The position numbers and the translations under genes are program-made. Positions 17,831-26,774 of a stretch of DNA of 64,000 nt are shown one piece after another; position 1 is the stretch's first letter; each line of letters starts with the position of its first letter. A model generated the notes under the pieces. That model did not search any database and had not been told where the DNA came from. It was given only the letters and a program-made list of their open reading frames with translations. This DNA comes from an uncultured delta proteobacterium (GTDB lineage: Bacteria > Desulfobacterota > Binatia > UBA9968): NCBI GenBank assembly GCA_963737905.1, contig CAVTUQ010000005.1, positions 114,742 to 178,741 on the forward strand. The letters are read 5' to 3'.

Positions 17831-19046
17831 ATGAAATCTCCACGTCCTGAAATGACCGAAATCATGGCGCCAGCCGCGATTGGTCTATGGTCACTCGTTG
17901 GCTATTTCCTGAAGCTCGGCACGATCGGCTTCGGCGGTCCGGCGGCGCTGGTCGGTTTCATGCACAGAGACCTGGTCGAGCAGCGCCGTTGGATCACTGA
18001 GGATACTTACAAACTATCCCTAGCGCTCGCTCAGATCATGCCGGGACCACTCGCAGCACAAACGGCCATCGCCATTGGTTACTTCGAGGGCGGGGTTCTC
18101 GGTGCGACCCTCGTCGGTCTCGGTTTCATTGTTCCTTCTTTTCTGATGGTGGTCGCCATCTCGCTAGCTTATGTCGCCTACGGCGGGTTGTGGTGGATGC
18201 AAGCACTTTTCTACACCATCGGCGCAACGGTTATCGCAATCATCGCGATTGCTGCGTACAAGCTGGCGCGCGGCACCAACAAGCGTAATCCGCTGCTCTG
18301 GGGCATCTTTGTTTGCCTCACGATCGTAACCGTATGGTCGCAGAGCGAGTTGGCAGAGTTCTTCATTCCTGCCGGACTCATCGTCCTGGTTTTTCAGGCT
18401 TGGCCAGGTTGGAACCCCGGCATCCTAATGACACTCAGTGCCGCGGTCCTCGGTGTGGCCGTTTGGTTGCTGGAGGTGTGGCTCGCGCAGGCCGGTACAG
18501 GAGGCAACACTGGCAACATATTGACTGAGATCCTCTTATTCTTTACCAAGGCTGGCGCGTTTGTGTTCGGCAGCGGCCTGGCAATCATTCCGTTCTTGCA
18601 CCAGGAGTTGTACAGCATTCGGCTGGCTGAATGAGCATCAGTTTTTGGACGCCGTCGCCGTCGCGATGATCACTCCCGGGCCCGTGGTCATAACCGTCGC
18701 TCTAATCGGGTTTCTTGTTGCCGGCCTGGCGGGAGCGGTTATGGCATCAATTGGTATCTTCTTGCCGGTATATGTATTTACGATCGTGCCAGCACCGTGG
18801 TTCAAACGCCACCGCGACAATCCCCAGTTTAAAGCGTTCGTTGACGGCGCTACCGCAGCTGCGACCGGCGCAATTACAGGCGCAGTGATTGTCTTAGGCG
18901 CACGAGCAATCACCGATTTGCTCACTGCAATTATCGCGCTCGTCAGCTTGGGTGTTTTATGGCGCTATAAGATTTCGGAACCGATTATCGTCACCATCTC
19001 CGGACTGGTCGGATTGATACTCTGGCCCCTGGTCCGTGGAGGGTGA
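17831..19046 (+). CDS. chrA: Chromate efflux transporter ChrA (long chain), frameshifted near 18610-18620
   Basis: GFGGPAAL, PGPLAAQ, VFGSGLAI, then FLDAVAVAMITPGP in another frame. Confidence 0.88.
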
Positions 19047-19140
19047 TGACCAACTCGATCTTGATGAGACTCGACGAACGGATATAACGGATGTACTGGA
19101 GAATCTCCGACCGGCTCCGTCGCGACTTTGGCCCGGGGTG

Positions 19141-19752
19141 TTATTTCTTGAAGCCGCCGAAGAGCGCCCGGGTTTCGCCTGTCCAGAAGCGTTGCACGTC
19201 CTGAAAACCGGCGTCCCTTAGCCACTTAAATTGATCTTCCAAAGGTGGTCGCTCACGGTCGAAATTGATGAAACAACCGCCACTCTTGACCAGGGGAAAG
19301 ATATCTCCATAGATGCGCTCGATGATTTTTGGGCTACGGACGTTATGGATCGCGATGGCAGAGACAACCGCTTCGAAGGGACCGGTGAGCTTTTGGCTCC
19401 AGCCGGGCTTGGAAAAATCGCAGAGGACGTAGTCAAAGCGTCCTTTGAGGTGCTGCATGCGCTCTTGCCCGAGCTTTTCCATCTGCTCGGACCCGTCCTG
19501 GCAGACAGCGGTAGCGTTTGAAAAATGACCTAGGAGGAATTGGGTCAGGGCGCCGTACCCGGCGCCGACATCAAGAATTCTAATGGGGGAATTCTTGTCG
19601 TAGGGGATCGTTTCCGCCAGCACGCGGAAGGGTTCCTGTCGGGCGGTCTCTTTTTGGTCCTGTCCCGATGCCCAATCGGAAACATAGTTGGGAGAATCCC
19701 AATCGTGATGATCGTGACGGTGCTCATGTGAGGAGTGCGATGTGGTAGCCAT
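19141..19752 (-). CDS. Class I SAM-dependent methyltransferase with His-rich N-terminus
   Basis: ILDVGAGYG motif I; N-terminus SHSSHEHRHDHHD. Confidence 0.85.
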   Translation of the reverse strand: MATTSHSSHEHRHDHHDWDSPNYVSDWASGQDQKETARQEPFRVLAETIPYDKNSPIRILDVGAGYGALTQFLLGHFSNATAVCQDGSEQMEKLGQERMQHLKGRFDYVLCDFSKPGWSQKLTGPFEAVVSAIAIHNVRSPKIIERIYGDIFPLVKSGGCFINFDRERPPLEDQFKWLRDAGFQDVQRFWTGETRALFGGFKK

Positions 19753-19814
19753 ATGAAATCCGCCTTTCTTTGCTGTTTAGAGATTATCAAACATTGTATT
19801 GCCTGTCATTCCCC

Positions 19815-20648
19815 CTATTTCTGCAACCGGAAACGATAGATATAAGTAAATTCCGCCGGGACATTCTTACCGTCTCTTTGGGCCGGCTCGAAGCGGGATA
19901 GTTTCACTGCTTTCAGCGCTTCTTCATCGAAACCGGGGCCGCCGCTCTTGGTGATTTCCGCCTTTGTAACTTTTCCTTCAGTGTCGATCTCGATTCTCAA
20001 AGTAACGTCGCCTTCCATACCCATGCGCAAAGCTATTGGAGGATAGACCGCCCGGACAGTTTGTACTGGTTTGGCTTCGCGGTTGGTTCTCAGGGGCGTC
20101 GTCGGCGCCGGAAGGCCGGGAGCACCCGACCCTCTGCCCAAACCAGAGCTAGCGGTGCCTCCGCCGCCACCGGACGTCCCCGAGCCCGGCACAACGGCTA
20201 CGTCGCCTTTGCCGAAAAGATTTCCGGCGCCGGCTTCGCTGCCGCCGCCTTCGACTCGCGCGGTAGGGGCCAATTCGGGAGTGGGTTCAGGTTTAGTTGT
20301 TTCTGCGGGTTTTGTTTCGACGGGCTTGACCGGCTCCTCTTTGGGCGGAGCAGCCGGCGGTGGTGTCGGTTTGGGTTGGATAATTTCCCTTTTGGCCAAC
20401 GGCTTTGGCTCTTTGGTTTTTTCGACTTTCGGAGGTGGAGGCAGCGGCTTTTTGATCTCGGGAGGCGTCTCTATTTTTTGGATCGGTTTGGGTTGTTCCT
20501 GGCGCGGCACGTCGACAAGACTGATGGGCAGGAAATCTTGACGGCGCAAATTGACAGTGTGCTTTAAGATGATGGACGCCAGGACAATCACTGCGCCGTG
20601 AATGAAGCAGGAGGCGATTAAAGATAAGCTCAGCGAGTCATCTCTCAC
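19815..20648 (-). CDS. tonB: TonB energy transducer
   Basis: N-terminal TM with SxxxH, Pro/Lys-rich linker, YPPIALRMGMEGDV...FEPA C-terminal domain. Confidence 0.92.
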   Translation of the reverse strand: MRDDSLSLSLIASCFIHGAVIVLASIILKHTVNLRRQDFLPISLVDVPRQEQPKPIQKIETPPEIKKPLPPPPKVEKTKEPKPLAKREIIQPKPTPPPAAPPKEEPVKPVETKPAETTKPEPTPELAPTARVEGGGSEAGAGNLFGKGDVAVVPGSGTSGGGGGTASSGLGRGSGAPGLPAPTTPLRTNREAKPVQTVRAVYPPIALRMGMEGDVTLRIEIDTEGKVTKAEITKSGGPGFDEEALKAVKLSRFEPAQRDGKNVPAEFTYIYRFRLQK

Positions 20649-21058
20649 TGGCGGAGGTCCTTGGGTTTCACGGCGATGGCCATCTTAGCGACGCCCGCCT
20701 GGCGAGCATCGTCCATCACATCGACCACCCGTCCGTGCTCGACCCGCTCATCTGCGTTGATCAGTATGAGTAGATCGGGATTCACTGCAAGCCGCTGTTG
20801 GAGTACGGTGCGGATGCTTTCGCGCGGGACTTCCTGCTTATCGATGAAGACCTTGCCGTCCGGAGTGATGGTGACGGCGGCGCTTTCACTGGCGGGCTGT
20901 TGTCCCGTGGCGGCCTTCGGCAGGTTGACCGGTAGCCCGCTGTAGCGGGCCATCGATAAGGTCGAGATCATGAAAAAGACCAGCAGGAAAAAGATCGTGT
21001 CGATCATCGGAATGATCTCGATGCGGGCCTTCTTGATGGTTCTGCGCGAAAGCCGCAT
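20645..21058 (-). CDS. exbD: Biopolymer transport protein ExbD
   Basis: IIPMIDTIFFLLVFFM; VNLPKA; INAD..V.HG.VV.VMD. Confidence 0.92.
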   Translation of the reverse strand: MRLSRRTIKKARIEIIPMIDTIFFLLVFFMISTLSMARYSGLPVNLPKAATGQQPASESAAVTITPDGKVFIDKQEVPRESIRTVLQQRLAVNPDLLILINADERVEHGRVVDVMDDARQAGVAKMAIAVKPKDLRQ

Positions 21059-21666
21059 TAGCTTTTCCCCTCCTGTTCGGCCAGCAACAGCTCCAGGCGC
21101 GAGCCGTAATACTCAATCTCTTCGAGCTCCCGTTCTGCACGGTTCGTGAAATAGTTGTACGGAACGAGGGTGAGAATAGCGATCAAAAGCCCCGCGGCGG
21201 TGGCGATCAGGGCCTCGGCTACACCGCCGGTGACCGCATGGGGCTGCCCGAGGCCGGCCTCCGACATGATGCCGAAAGAACTGATCATGCCGGTGATGGT
21301 TCCCAGTAACCCCAAAAGGGGTGCCAGAGTGATAATGGTGTCGAGAATGGTCAGGCGCTTTTTCAAAACCGGGATCTCGGCCTGGGCCGCTACTTCTAGG
21401 GCTTTGGCAAGCGAAGGGTTTCGGTGTTCGAGACCGGCGGTTAAGACTCGGGCGGCGGGCAAATCGACCCTCTGGCCCAGTTCGGTGGCTTTGGCAAACT
21501 CCCGTTGTTCCACCAGTTGCAGCAGCTCTTCTACCGGCTGCCGGGAGCGCGTTTTGCGCCAAAAGATGAATCGCTCGATAACAACGGCCAAAGAAATGAT
21601 CGAGCAGGCCAACAGCGGGACCATGACCGGCCCGCCCTTGATGATGATCCCAATAAAATCAAACAC
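21058..21666 (-). CDS. exbB: MotA/TolQ/ExbB proton channel
   Basis: APLLGLLGTITGMI; GVAEALIATAAGL. Confidence 0.92.
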   Translation of the reverse strand: MFDFIGIIIKGGPVMVPLLACSIISLAVVIERFIFWRKTRSRQPVEELLQLVEQREFAKATELGQRVDLPAARVLTAGLEHRNPSLAKALEVAAQAEIPVLKKRLTILDTIITLAPLLGLLGTITGMISSFGIMSEAGLGQPHAVTGGVAEALIATAAGLLIAILTLVPYNYFTNRAERELEEIEYYGSRLELLLAEQEGKS

Positions 21667-21778
21667 GGTGGTTGCTCTTTCTCAAATATACCATGGGTAG
21701 TTCGTTCATTTATTAACCGATGCAGCCACATTGCAGGGTTTCACAGGATCGGCTCCCAATTGAAATTTTAGCGCGCCG

Positions 21779-22535
21779 CTATTCCACGGGAAAAACCAAG
21801 ACCGCTTTGAGCACGTGGAGATCATAGTCCGTCTCTGCCACCGTCATTCTTCTCTCAACACGAACCAACCATGCGCCGGGATGGGTAATCTTTACCCGAG
21901 CGATGCCGTCGCGTGACTCAGTCGCGTAGGCGTAAGTGTTGTAGTACCGGCTGAAGCCGTCATAGGTGGCAAAAACATTGGCCTGCAGTGGGTTACTGTC
22001 AAAAAGAATCCTGAAAACCAGTTCGTCTCCAACTCGCGCTGCGGTGGGATCGGTGGTAGGGACGATTTCCAACCGATGGCCCAGAACTTTCTCATAATTT
22101 CTATCGGAAGCTTCCACAACAATCAAAGTCTTGGAGAACTTCTCAAACCTTGCCCTTTGCGGCTTGGCCGTATCCTGTGCTGCCAAGGTTTCAATCGGCT
22201 CCAACAAATGGCCGGCAATTACAGCCGTGCCTTTAGTGTGGACGGCCGCCGTTCCATCTAAGGTTTGCAGAATATTATTTTCTTTCGGCGGCAGATCCAC
22301 TGATTTATTGCCTTCAAGCAACGATGCTTTGACGGTGTTGGCGGGAAGTAACTCTTCTCCGCTCATGAAAACGTGGGTCGAAAGAACGCTCCAAAGGCAC
22401 TTTATCACGGGCATTAACGCGCAACGACGCCGGTTTGATGATGAATTCGTGGGCATGAACGGTTGAAATCAACGACCACGTTCCCATTGCAAGTAGCAGC
22501 AGCACTACCGCAAGCAGCTTGGTTAATCCTTTCAT
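21779..22535 (-). CDS. DUF4198-family periplasmic protein, frameshifted near 22392
   Basis: Signal peptide plus HAHEFII in ORF 22314..22535 continues as STHVFMSGEE...EKFSKT...GHRLEIVP in ORF 21779..22456. Confidence 0.75.
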
Positions 22536-22550
22536 TGATTTTCTCCGTGC

Positions 22551-24575
22551 TTACCAGACGTGAATCGTGACTCCAGCCTTCGCCGTAAACGGGTCGCCGG
22601 GAGTGAAGTTAGAGCCGAGCACTCCCTCCGGTGGCTCATCTCGCAGTCGCGATACGAACGCGTGTTCCGCGCTGCGCCATTTTGTGTTGGCCAGATTTTG
22701 GAACACGACGAAGAACTCATAGCGCTGCCAAATGTATTTTAGAAACAGATCAAAGATTGCGGACTGAGGCACTGTGATGGTGCGGTCTTCGATCGCATAG
22801 CGGGTGCCGATGTAGCGCATTTGAAGTCTCGCCTGGAGGCCCGAATCATGGCGGGCCGTCAAGCCGGTGAAGGCGAGGGCGCGCGGCGCCAGCGGCACTG
22901 CGTCGCCGTTGAGAAATCTTGCCCAGGTGTAGGAGGCGTCGATGTCATAAGTTAACCAGGGCAGGATGTCGTAGCGGAATTCGGCTTCCAGGCCGTGACG
23001 CCGGCTTGCTCCTTGGGGCTCGAAAGTTCCCGTGTCGCCTTCAAACACCAACTCGCTCGATAGATAGGATCTCCAATAGGCGGCGCTGAATTCCATTTTT
23101 TCCAACAATCGTGTCCTCATGCCGAGCTCGCCACCCCAGAAACGGGCCAGCGGCCTGGTGGAATCTTGAACGATTACACGGGCATCGTTGCTATGGAAAC
23201 CGCCGCCGAGGTTCACAAACAAGTTCGTCCTTTGAGCGAATTGATTGTCGGTGAATGGACTGAAAATCAAGTTCAATTTTGGACTGGCGATGGATCCGGA
23301 AGCGGTGCCGGCGATGGGTTGGGTTGCCGGTCCGGCCTGGCTCACGCCCCACCAGAAGTTGTCTAGTCGAGCGCCGAGCTGACCTCGAAACCAATTAGTC
23401 GGCCGGATTTCCTGCTGGGCAAACCAGCTCAAGTTGGTTATCTGAATGTCGTTGTCGTTGGTAGTGCTCAGCCGGTGGCGCTTCTCCTGATTGAAGAGGC
23501 CGACCGTGATGCGATCGAACCGGCTCTGAAAGCCAAGAAGCGTTTCTGTGGGTATATCCCCAAACAAATAGTTACGCCGGTATGTGACGTTGTTACCGGC
23601 AAGAAAACGCTTGTCATCCTGCTCGATGCCGTCACCCTGGACCGGGTTGTTGAGAAACAAGGTGAAGTTTGACCACAGCTGGAGCCGGTACCACGACATC
23701 CAGGTTTGAGCCCTCAGAGATTGATTGGCGTCGGCAAAGTTGTAGATGAGGCTCAAGTTTTGCCTCGCGGAATTTCCTCCCTCGCTTGAGTCTTCGGAGC
23801 CAAAACGGCCGAGAGTTCCGTCTCTAACCGCGCGGGAAGGAATCTCGCCGGAGGCATTCCAGTTGGTTGAGAAGTAAGTGGCAAGGAAATCCAACGTCGA
23901 TCGCGCGTTGGAAATGATGTTGAAATTGCTGAAGAAATTATAGCGGTTATATTCGCTCGGATTCTTGAACGGACCATCGCTATGGTAATACTCAAACGCC
24001 ATATAAGGCCTCAAAGAGGTCCCTTCAGGGGCCGAGAGGATACCGAGAAACCGCGCGGTCTCATAGCTGCCGCCCATCACGGTGGCAGTCGAATCTTTGT
24101 CGAAGCGTTTCGTGACGATGTTGATAGCGCCCGACGTGGCGAAATCTCCGAGATGAGGGAAATATGAACCCTTGTAGATTTCCACCCGGTCGATCATTTC
24201 AGGAATCAGCCAGTGCAGGTCAGCGTATCCCTGGCCATGGGCATTGCTGGGCATGTTGACCGGAATACCGTCGACGCTAACCTGGAAGTCGGTTCCGTGA
24301 TCGGAATCGAAACCGCGGAAAAGGATCTGATCCGCTTTTCCACCTCCGTGGTGCTGGCTGATGGTCAGGCCCGGCACCAGCCGCATGACGTCGCTGGGTG
24401 TGTTGGAAGGTCGAAGCTCCAAATCCTTTGACCACCGAGTTTGCTCCGTTGCTGCCGATGTCGGCAGCTCGCCCCACGTGTAAACCTCAATCGGATCGGC
24501 TTCGCCGCCGTTGGCGACCAGCGCCCGCGCCAAAAAAACAACAATTGCCAAGATGAGGATAGATAAGAGGCGCAT
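22551..24575 (-). CDS. TonB-dependent receptor, probable Ni/Co-type
   Basis: Plug QHHGGGKADQILFRGFDSDHGTD...HGQGYADL; C-terminal aromatic W; GGAGGT SD before MRLLS; lies next to nikR. Confidence 0.88.
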   Translation of the reverse strand: MRLLSILILAIVVFLARALVANGGEADPIEVYTWGELPTSAATEQTRWSKDLELRPSNTPSDVMRLVPGLTISQHHGGGKADQILFRGFDSDHGTDFQVSVDGIPVNMPSNAHGQGYADLHWLIPEMIDRVEIYKGSYFPHLGDFATSGAINIVTKRFDKDSTATVMGGSYETARFLGILSAPEGTSLRPYMAFEYYHSDGPFKNPSEYNRYNFFSNFNIISNARSTLDFLATYFSTNWNASGEIPSRAVRDGTLGRFGSEDSSEGGNSARQNLSLIYNFADANQSLRAQTWMSWYRLQLWSNFTLFLNNPVQGDGIEQDDKRFLAGNNVTYRRNYLFGDIPTETLLGFQSRFDRITVGLFNQEKRHRLSTTNDNDIQITNLSWFAQQEIRPTNWFRGQLGARLDNFWWGVSQAGPATQPIAGTASGSIASPKLNLIFSPFTDNQFAQRTNLFVNLGGGFHSNDARVIVQDSTRPLARFWGGELGMRTRLLEKMEFSAAYWRSYLSSELVFEGDTGTFEPQGASRRHGLEAEFRYDILPWLTYDIDASYTWARFLNGDAVPLAPRALAFTGLTARHDSGLQARLQMRYIGTRYAIEDRTITVPQSAIFDLFLKYIWQRYEFFVVFQNLANTKWRSAEHAFVSRLRDEPPEGVLGSNFTPGDPFTAKAGVTIHVW

Positions 24576-24588
24576 GTTACCTCCCGGA

Positions 24589-24615
24589 GTAGTACGTATT
24601 TTCATTCCGTAATAT
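24589..24615. promoter_or_regulatory. Candidate NikR operator at the TBDR promoter
   Basis: GTAGTAC-N13-GTAATAT, just inside a minus-strand TTGACT (24620-24625). Confidence 0.6.
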
Positions 24616-24735
24616 CCCAAGTCAAAAAATTTTTGCTGCGATTCTGCGAGCCGGTTGACCGAGTGTGGTTGTGGTAAAGGCCTTGTGCTGGTGATCATGT
24701 TCATGAACCTGGTCTGTTCGCGGATCCGCGAGACT

Positions 24736-24762
24736 ATGTTATCAATCCCATTTTCGTGCTAT
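24736..24762. promoter_or_regulatory. Second candidate NikR operator upstream of the TBDR
   Basis: ATGTTAT-N13-GTGCTAT (minus strand ATAGCAC-N13-ATAACAT). Confidence 0.55.
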
Positions 24763-24778
24763 TCAACCCCAAAAAATT

Positions 24779-25195
24779 TTAGTTCTCTATTTCGGGGGTA
24801 GTCGTTACCAGCTTGCCATTCTGGACCCCCTTGGTGGCGATCAGTTTGCCGGCGATCTCGTGCACTTTGTCGCCGCGCCCCCGGATGACGATGACCTCAA
24901 GACAATTGTGCTCGTCCAAATGAATGTGCAGGCTGGCATTGACGGCCACATGAGCCTTATGCTGCATGTCCGCCAAGAGATCGCTCAGGTGATGCACCCG
25001 ATGGTCATAGACGAGAGTGACAACGCCGATGACTTCGGTATCTGCCAGTCCTATCTTCTTTTGAATGAGGTGGTCGCGAATGAGATCTCGGATGGCTTCC
25101 GACCGGTTTTGATAGCCTTGACCGCCGATGCTTCTGTCAAACGCTTGCAGCAGATCATCTTCGAGCGACACGCCGAATCTGGAAAGGTGGTGCAT
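24779..25195 (-). CDS. nikR: Nickel-responsive regulator NikR
   Basis: RFGVSL...NRSEAIRDLIR ribbon-helix-helix; YDH; QH...HIHLDEHNCLE Ni-binding ligands. Confidence 0.95.
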   Translation of the reverse strand: MHHLSRFGVSLEDDLLQAFDRSIGGQGYQNRSEAIRDLIRDHLIQKKIGLADTEVIGVVTLVYDHRVHHLSDLLADMQHKAHVAVNASLHIHLDEHNCLEVIVIRGRGDKVHEIAGKLIATKGVQNGKLVTTTPEIEN

Positions 25196-25218
25196 AGTCC
25201 GCCTCAGGCAAATGTTGC

Positions 25219-25245
25219 GTAGCACGAACTTTAATGCCGTGTCAA
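25219..25245 (-). promoter_or_regulatory. nikR promoter with candidate autoregulatory operator
   Basis: GTAGCAC-N13-GTGTCAA; the second half-site contains the minus-strand TTGACA -35. Confidence 0.55.
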
Positions 25246-25322
25246 ACCACGATTTCTGTCCAATTTTACTAACTAATCCCGAGGGAGGAGAACTTTATAT
25301 TGTAGCTGCGGTGCGCGGGGTA

Positions 25323-26450
25323 CTAATCCGGCCAGCGCAGTAAGGTGATGAACTGGAGTGCACCCGGACTGCCTGTTTTCGCTGTGTCGTTGTCGTAAAC
25401 CAAGGCCAGGCGGGCTCTCCGCACCTGGCTGCCACTGGAAGCAGCCTCTTCGGAAAGGACACACACGCCCTCCGCCTTACCATCATGGCCGAAAAGCCAG
25501 ACCTTCTGAGGCTCGACGAGTCGTAGATCGCCAAGCTTTATCCTATCGGGTGGCACCTGAGCGGGACGGGACGTCGAGATTTTCTCGTCGGACAGAAACC
25601 ATAGTGTGTTGCCATGATAACGGTTGGTCCTATCCTCAGTGGACGTGAGAATGAAAAAGCCATTCCACGCGGGCATGTAGTCGATAGACGACAATCCTGA
25701 GAGGTTTCCTTGGCGTTCACCCGCATTGAATCTGAAGAGGGGGCTCAATGCGAGCTTGGCGTTTGGGAGGGGTAATTGGGTGATATCAGCGGCGTAAACA
25801 CGGATAGGATTATGCGGCTCCCGCAGGCCGACGACCAGTTCACGTAGTGTTAGCTGCCCCGCGTTGTCGCGCAACGTTCGCACTGTCAGCCCTTCTATAT
25901 TCACTTCGTTTTTCCTAGGATCACGGTGGTATCCTTCCGCCGCCAACGCGTCTCCTATATCCCATTCAATGATCGATTCTGAGTCAATGACGAATGGTTT
26001 TTCGCCCGCGCCATCGCTTCGCAAACGGAAACGCAACAAACGCGGAACGGCCATAGGTCTCTTTTGGGCTCCCTCTTCAGTCGGCTGCTCAACGAAACGT
26101 GAGCCAATGACGTAGTAAGCTCCTTCATCGTCGTGTGCCAGGTCCTCCCACTTGGGCCTATTGTCAAAGACGCCCACGCTAAATGACTGCTTGATCCGTC
26201 CGGTGGCCGCTTCGACTACGCTGAGACATGCGTTTTTATCGCAGGCCACTAGAAGCATACTGCCATCCCCAATCGTCGCCACTCCCGATGGCTCAATTTT
26301 TTTATCTTCCTTCCCCGTATCAGCGGTTAAGAAAGGGATCGGAAGTTGTGCAATCTCGACTTGTACCTCCTGTGCTCTCACGGCGAGAGTCGGATGCAGT
26401 AGAACCAACCCAAGAAACGTCACACACGCCGCCGGCAGAAGTCGCCACAT
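25323..26450 (-). CDS. Exported beta-propeller-like protein (DUF3616-like)
   Basis: Signal peptide; EPSG, WEDLA, YVIGS, NIEGL, VGLREP, KAEGV repeats. Confidence 0.6.
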   Translation of the reverse strand: MWRLLPAACVTFLGLVLLHPTLAVRAQEVQVEIAQLPIPFLTADTGKEDKKIEPSGVATIGDGSMLLVACDKNACLSVVEAATGRIKQSFSVGVFDNRPKWEDLAHDDEGAYYVIGSRFVEQPTEEGAQKRPMAVPRLLRFRLRSDGAGEKPFVIDSESIIEWDIGDALAAEGYHRDPRKNEVNIEGLTVRTLRDNAGQLTLRELVVGLREPHNPIRVYAADITQLPLPNAKLALSPLFRFNAGERQGNLSGLSSIDYMPAWNGFFILTSTEDRTNRYHGNTLWFLSDEKISTSRPAQVPPDRIKLGDLRLVEPQKVWLFGHDGKAEGVCVLSEEAASSGSQVRRARLALVYDNDTAKTGSPGALQFITLLRWPD

Positions 26451-26754
26451 TTTCTTGTCCTTTCTCGCAGGCCATTTGGGAACCGAATATCGCCGGTCGC
26501 CTTTTTTGGTTGTATCGACCTTGGATCCTTACATAAAGTGTTTCGACCCATTAAGCGAGAGCGATCATGAGTTTTTGCATGCATTTTGCGGTCAATTCGA
26601 TGCCACTTTCACGTTTTGAGCGTGTGTGAGAATGGCTATTGGAATTAATTTCGTTTGAACGGACAAGTGTAAAATCAACGTCTCTTCTTCACAGTGAGAA
26701 CGATGTCGTTCACCGGGGGTTTGTGCTTGACCCGAGGGCTTAGTACATGATAGC

Positions 26755-26767
26755 TGACATAATGTCA
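26755..26767. promoter_or_regulatory. Palindrome, candidate operator of the mod regulator
   Basis: TGACAT-A-ATGTCA, 7 nt before the ATG; TTGACC at 26727. Confidence 0.5.
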
Positions 26768-26774
26768 AATATAG

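Noticed and set aside
26590-26606. Sigma54 promoter for the 25323..26450 gene (TGGCATCGAATTGA)
   Set aside because: The -12 element is off by one base and lacks GC
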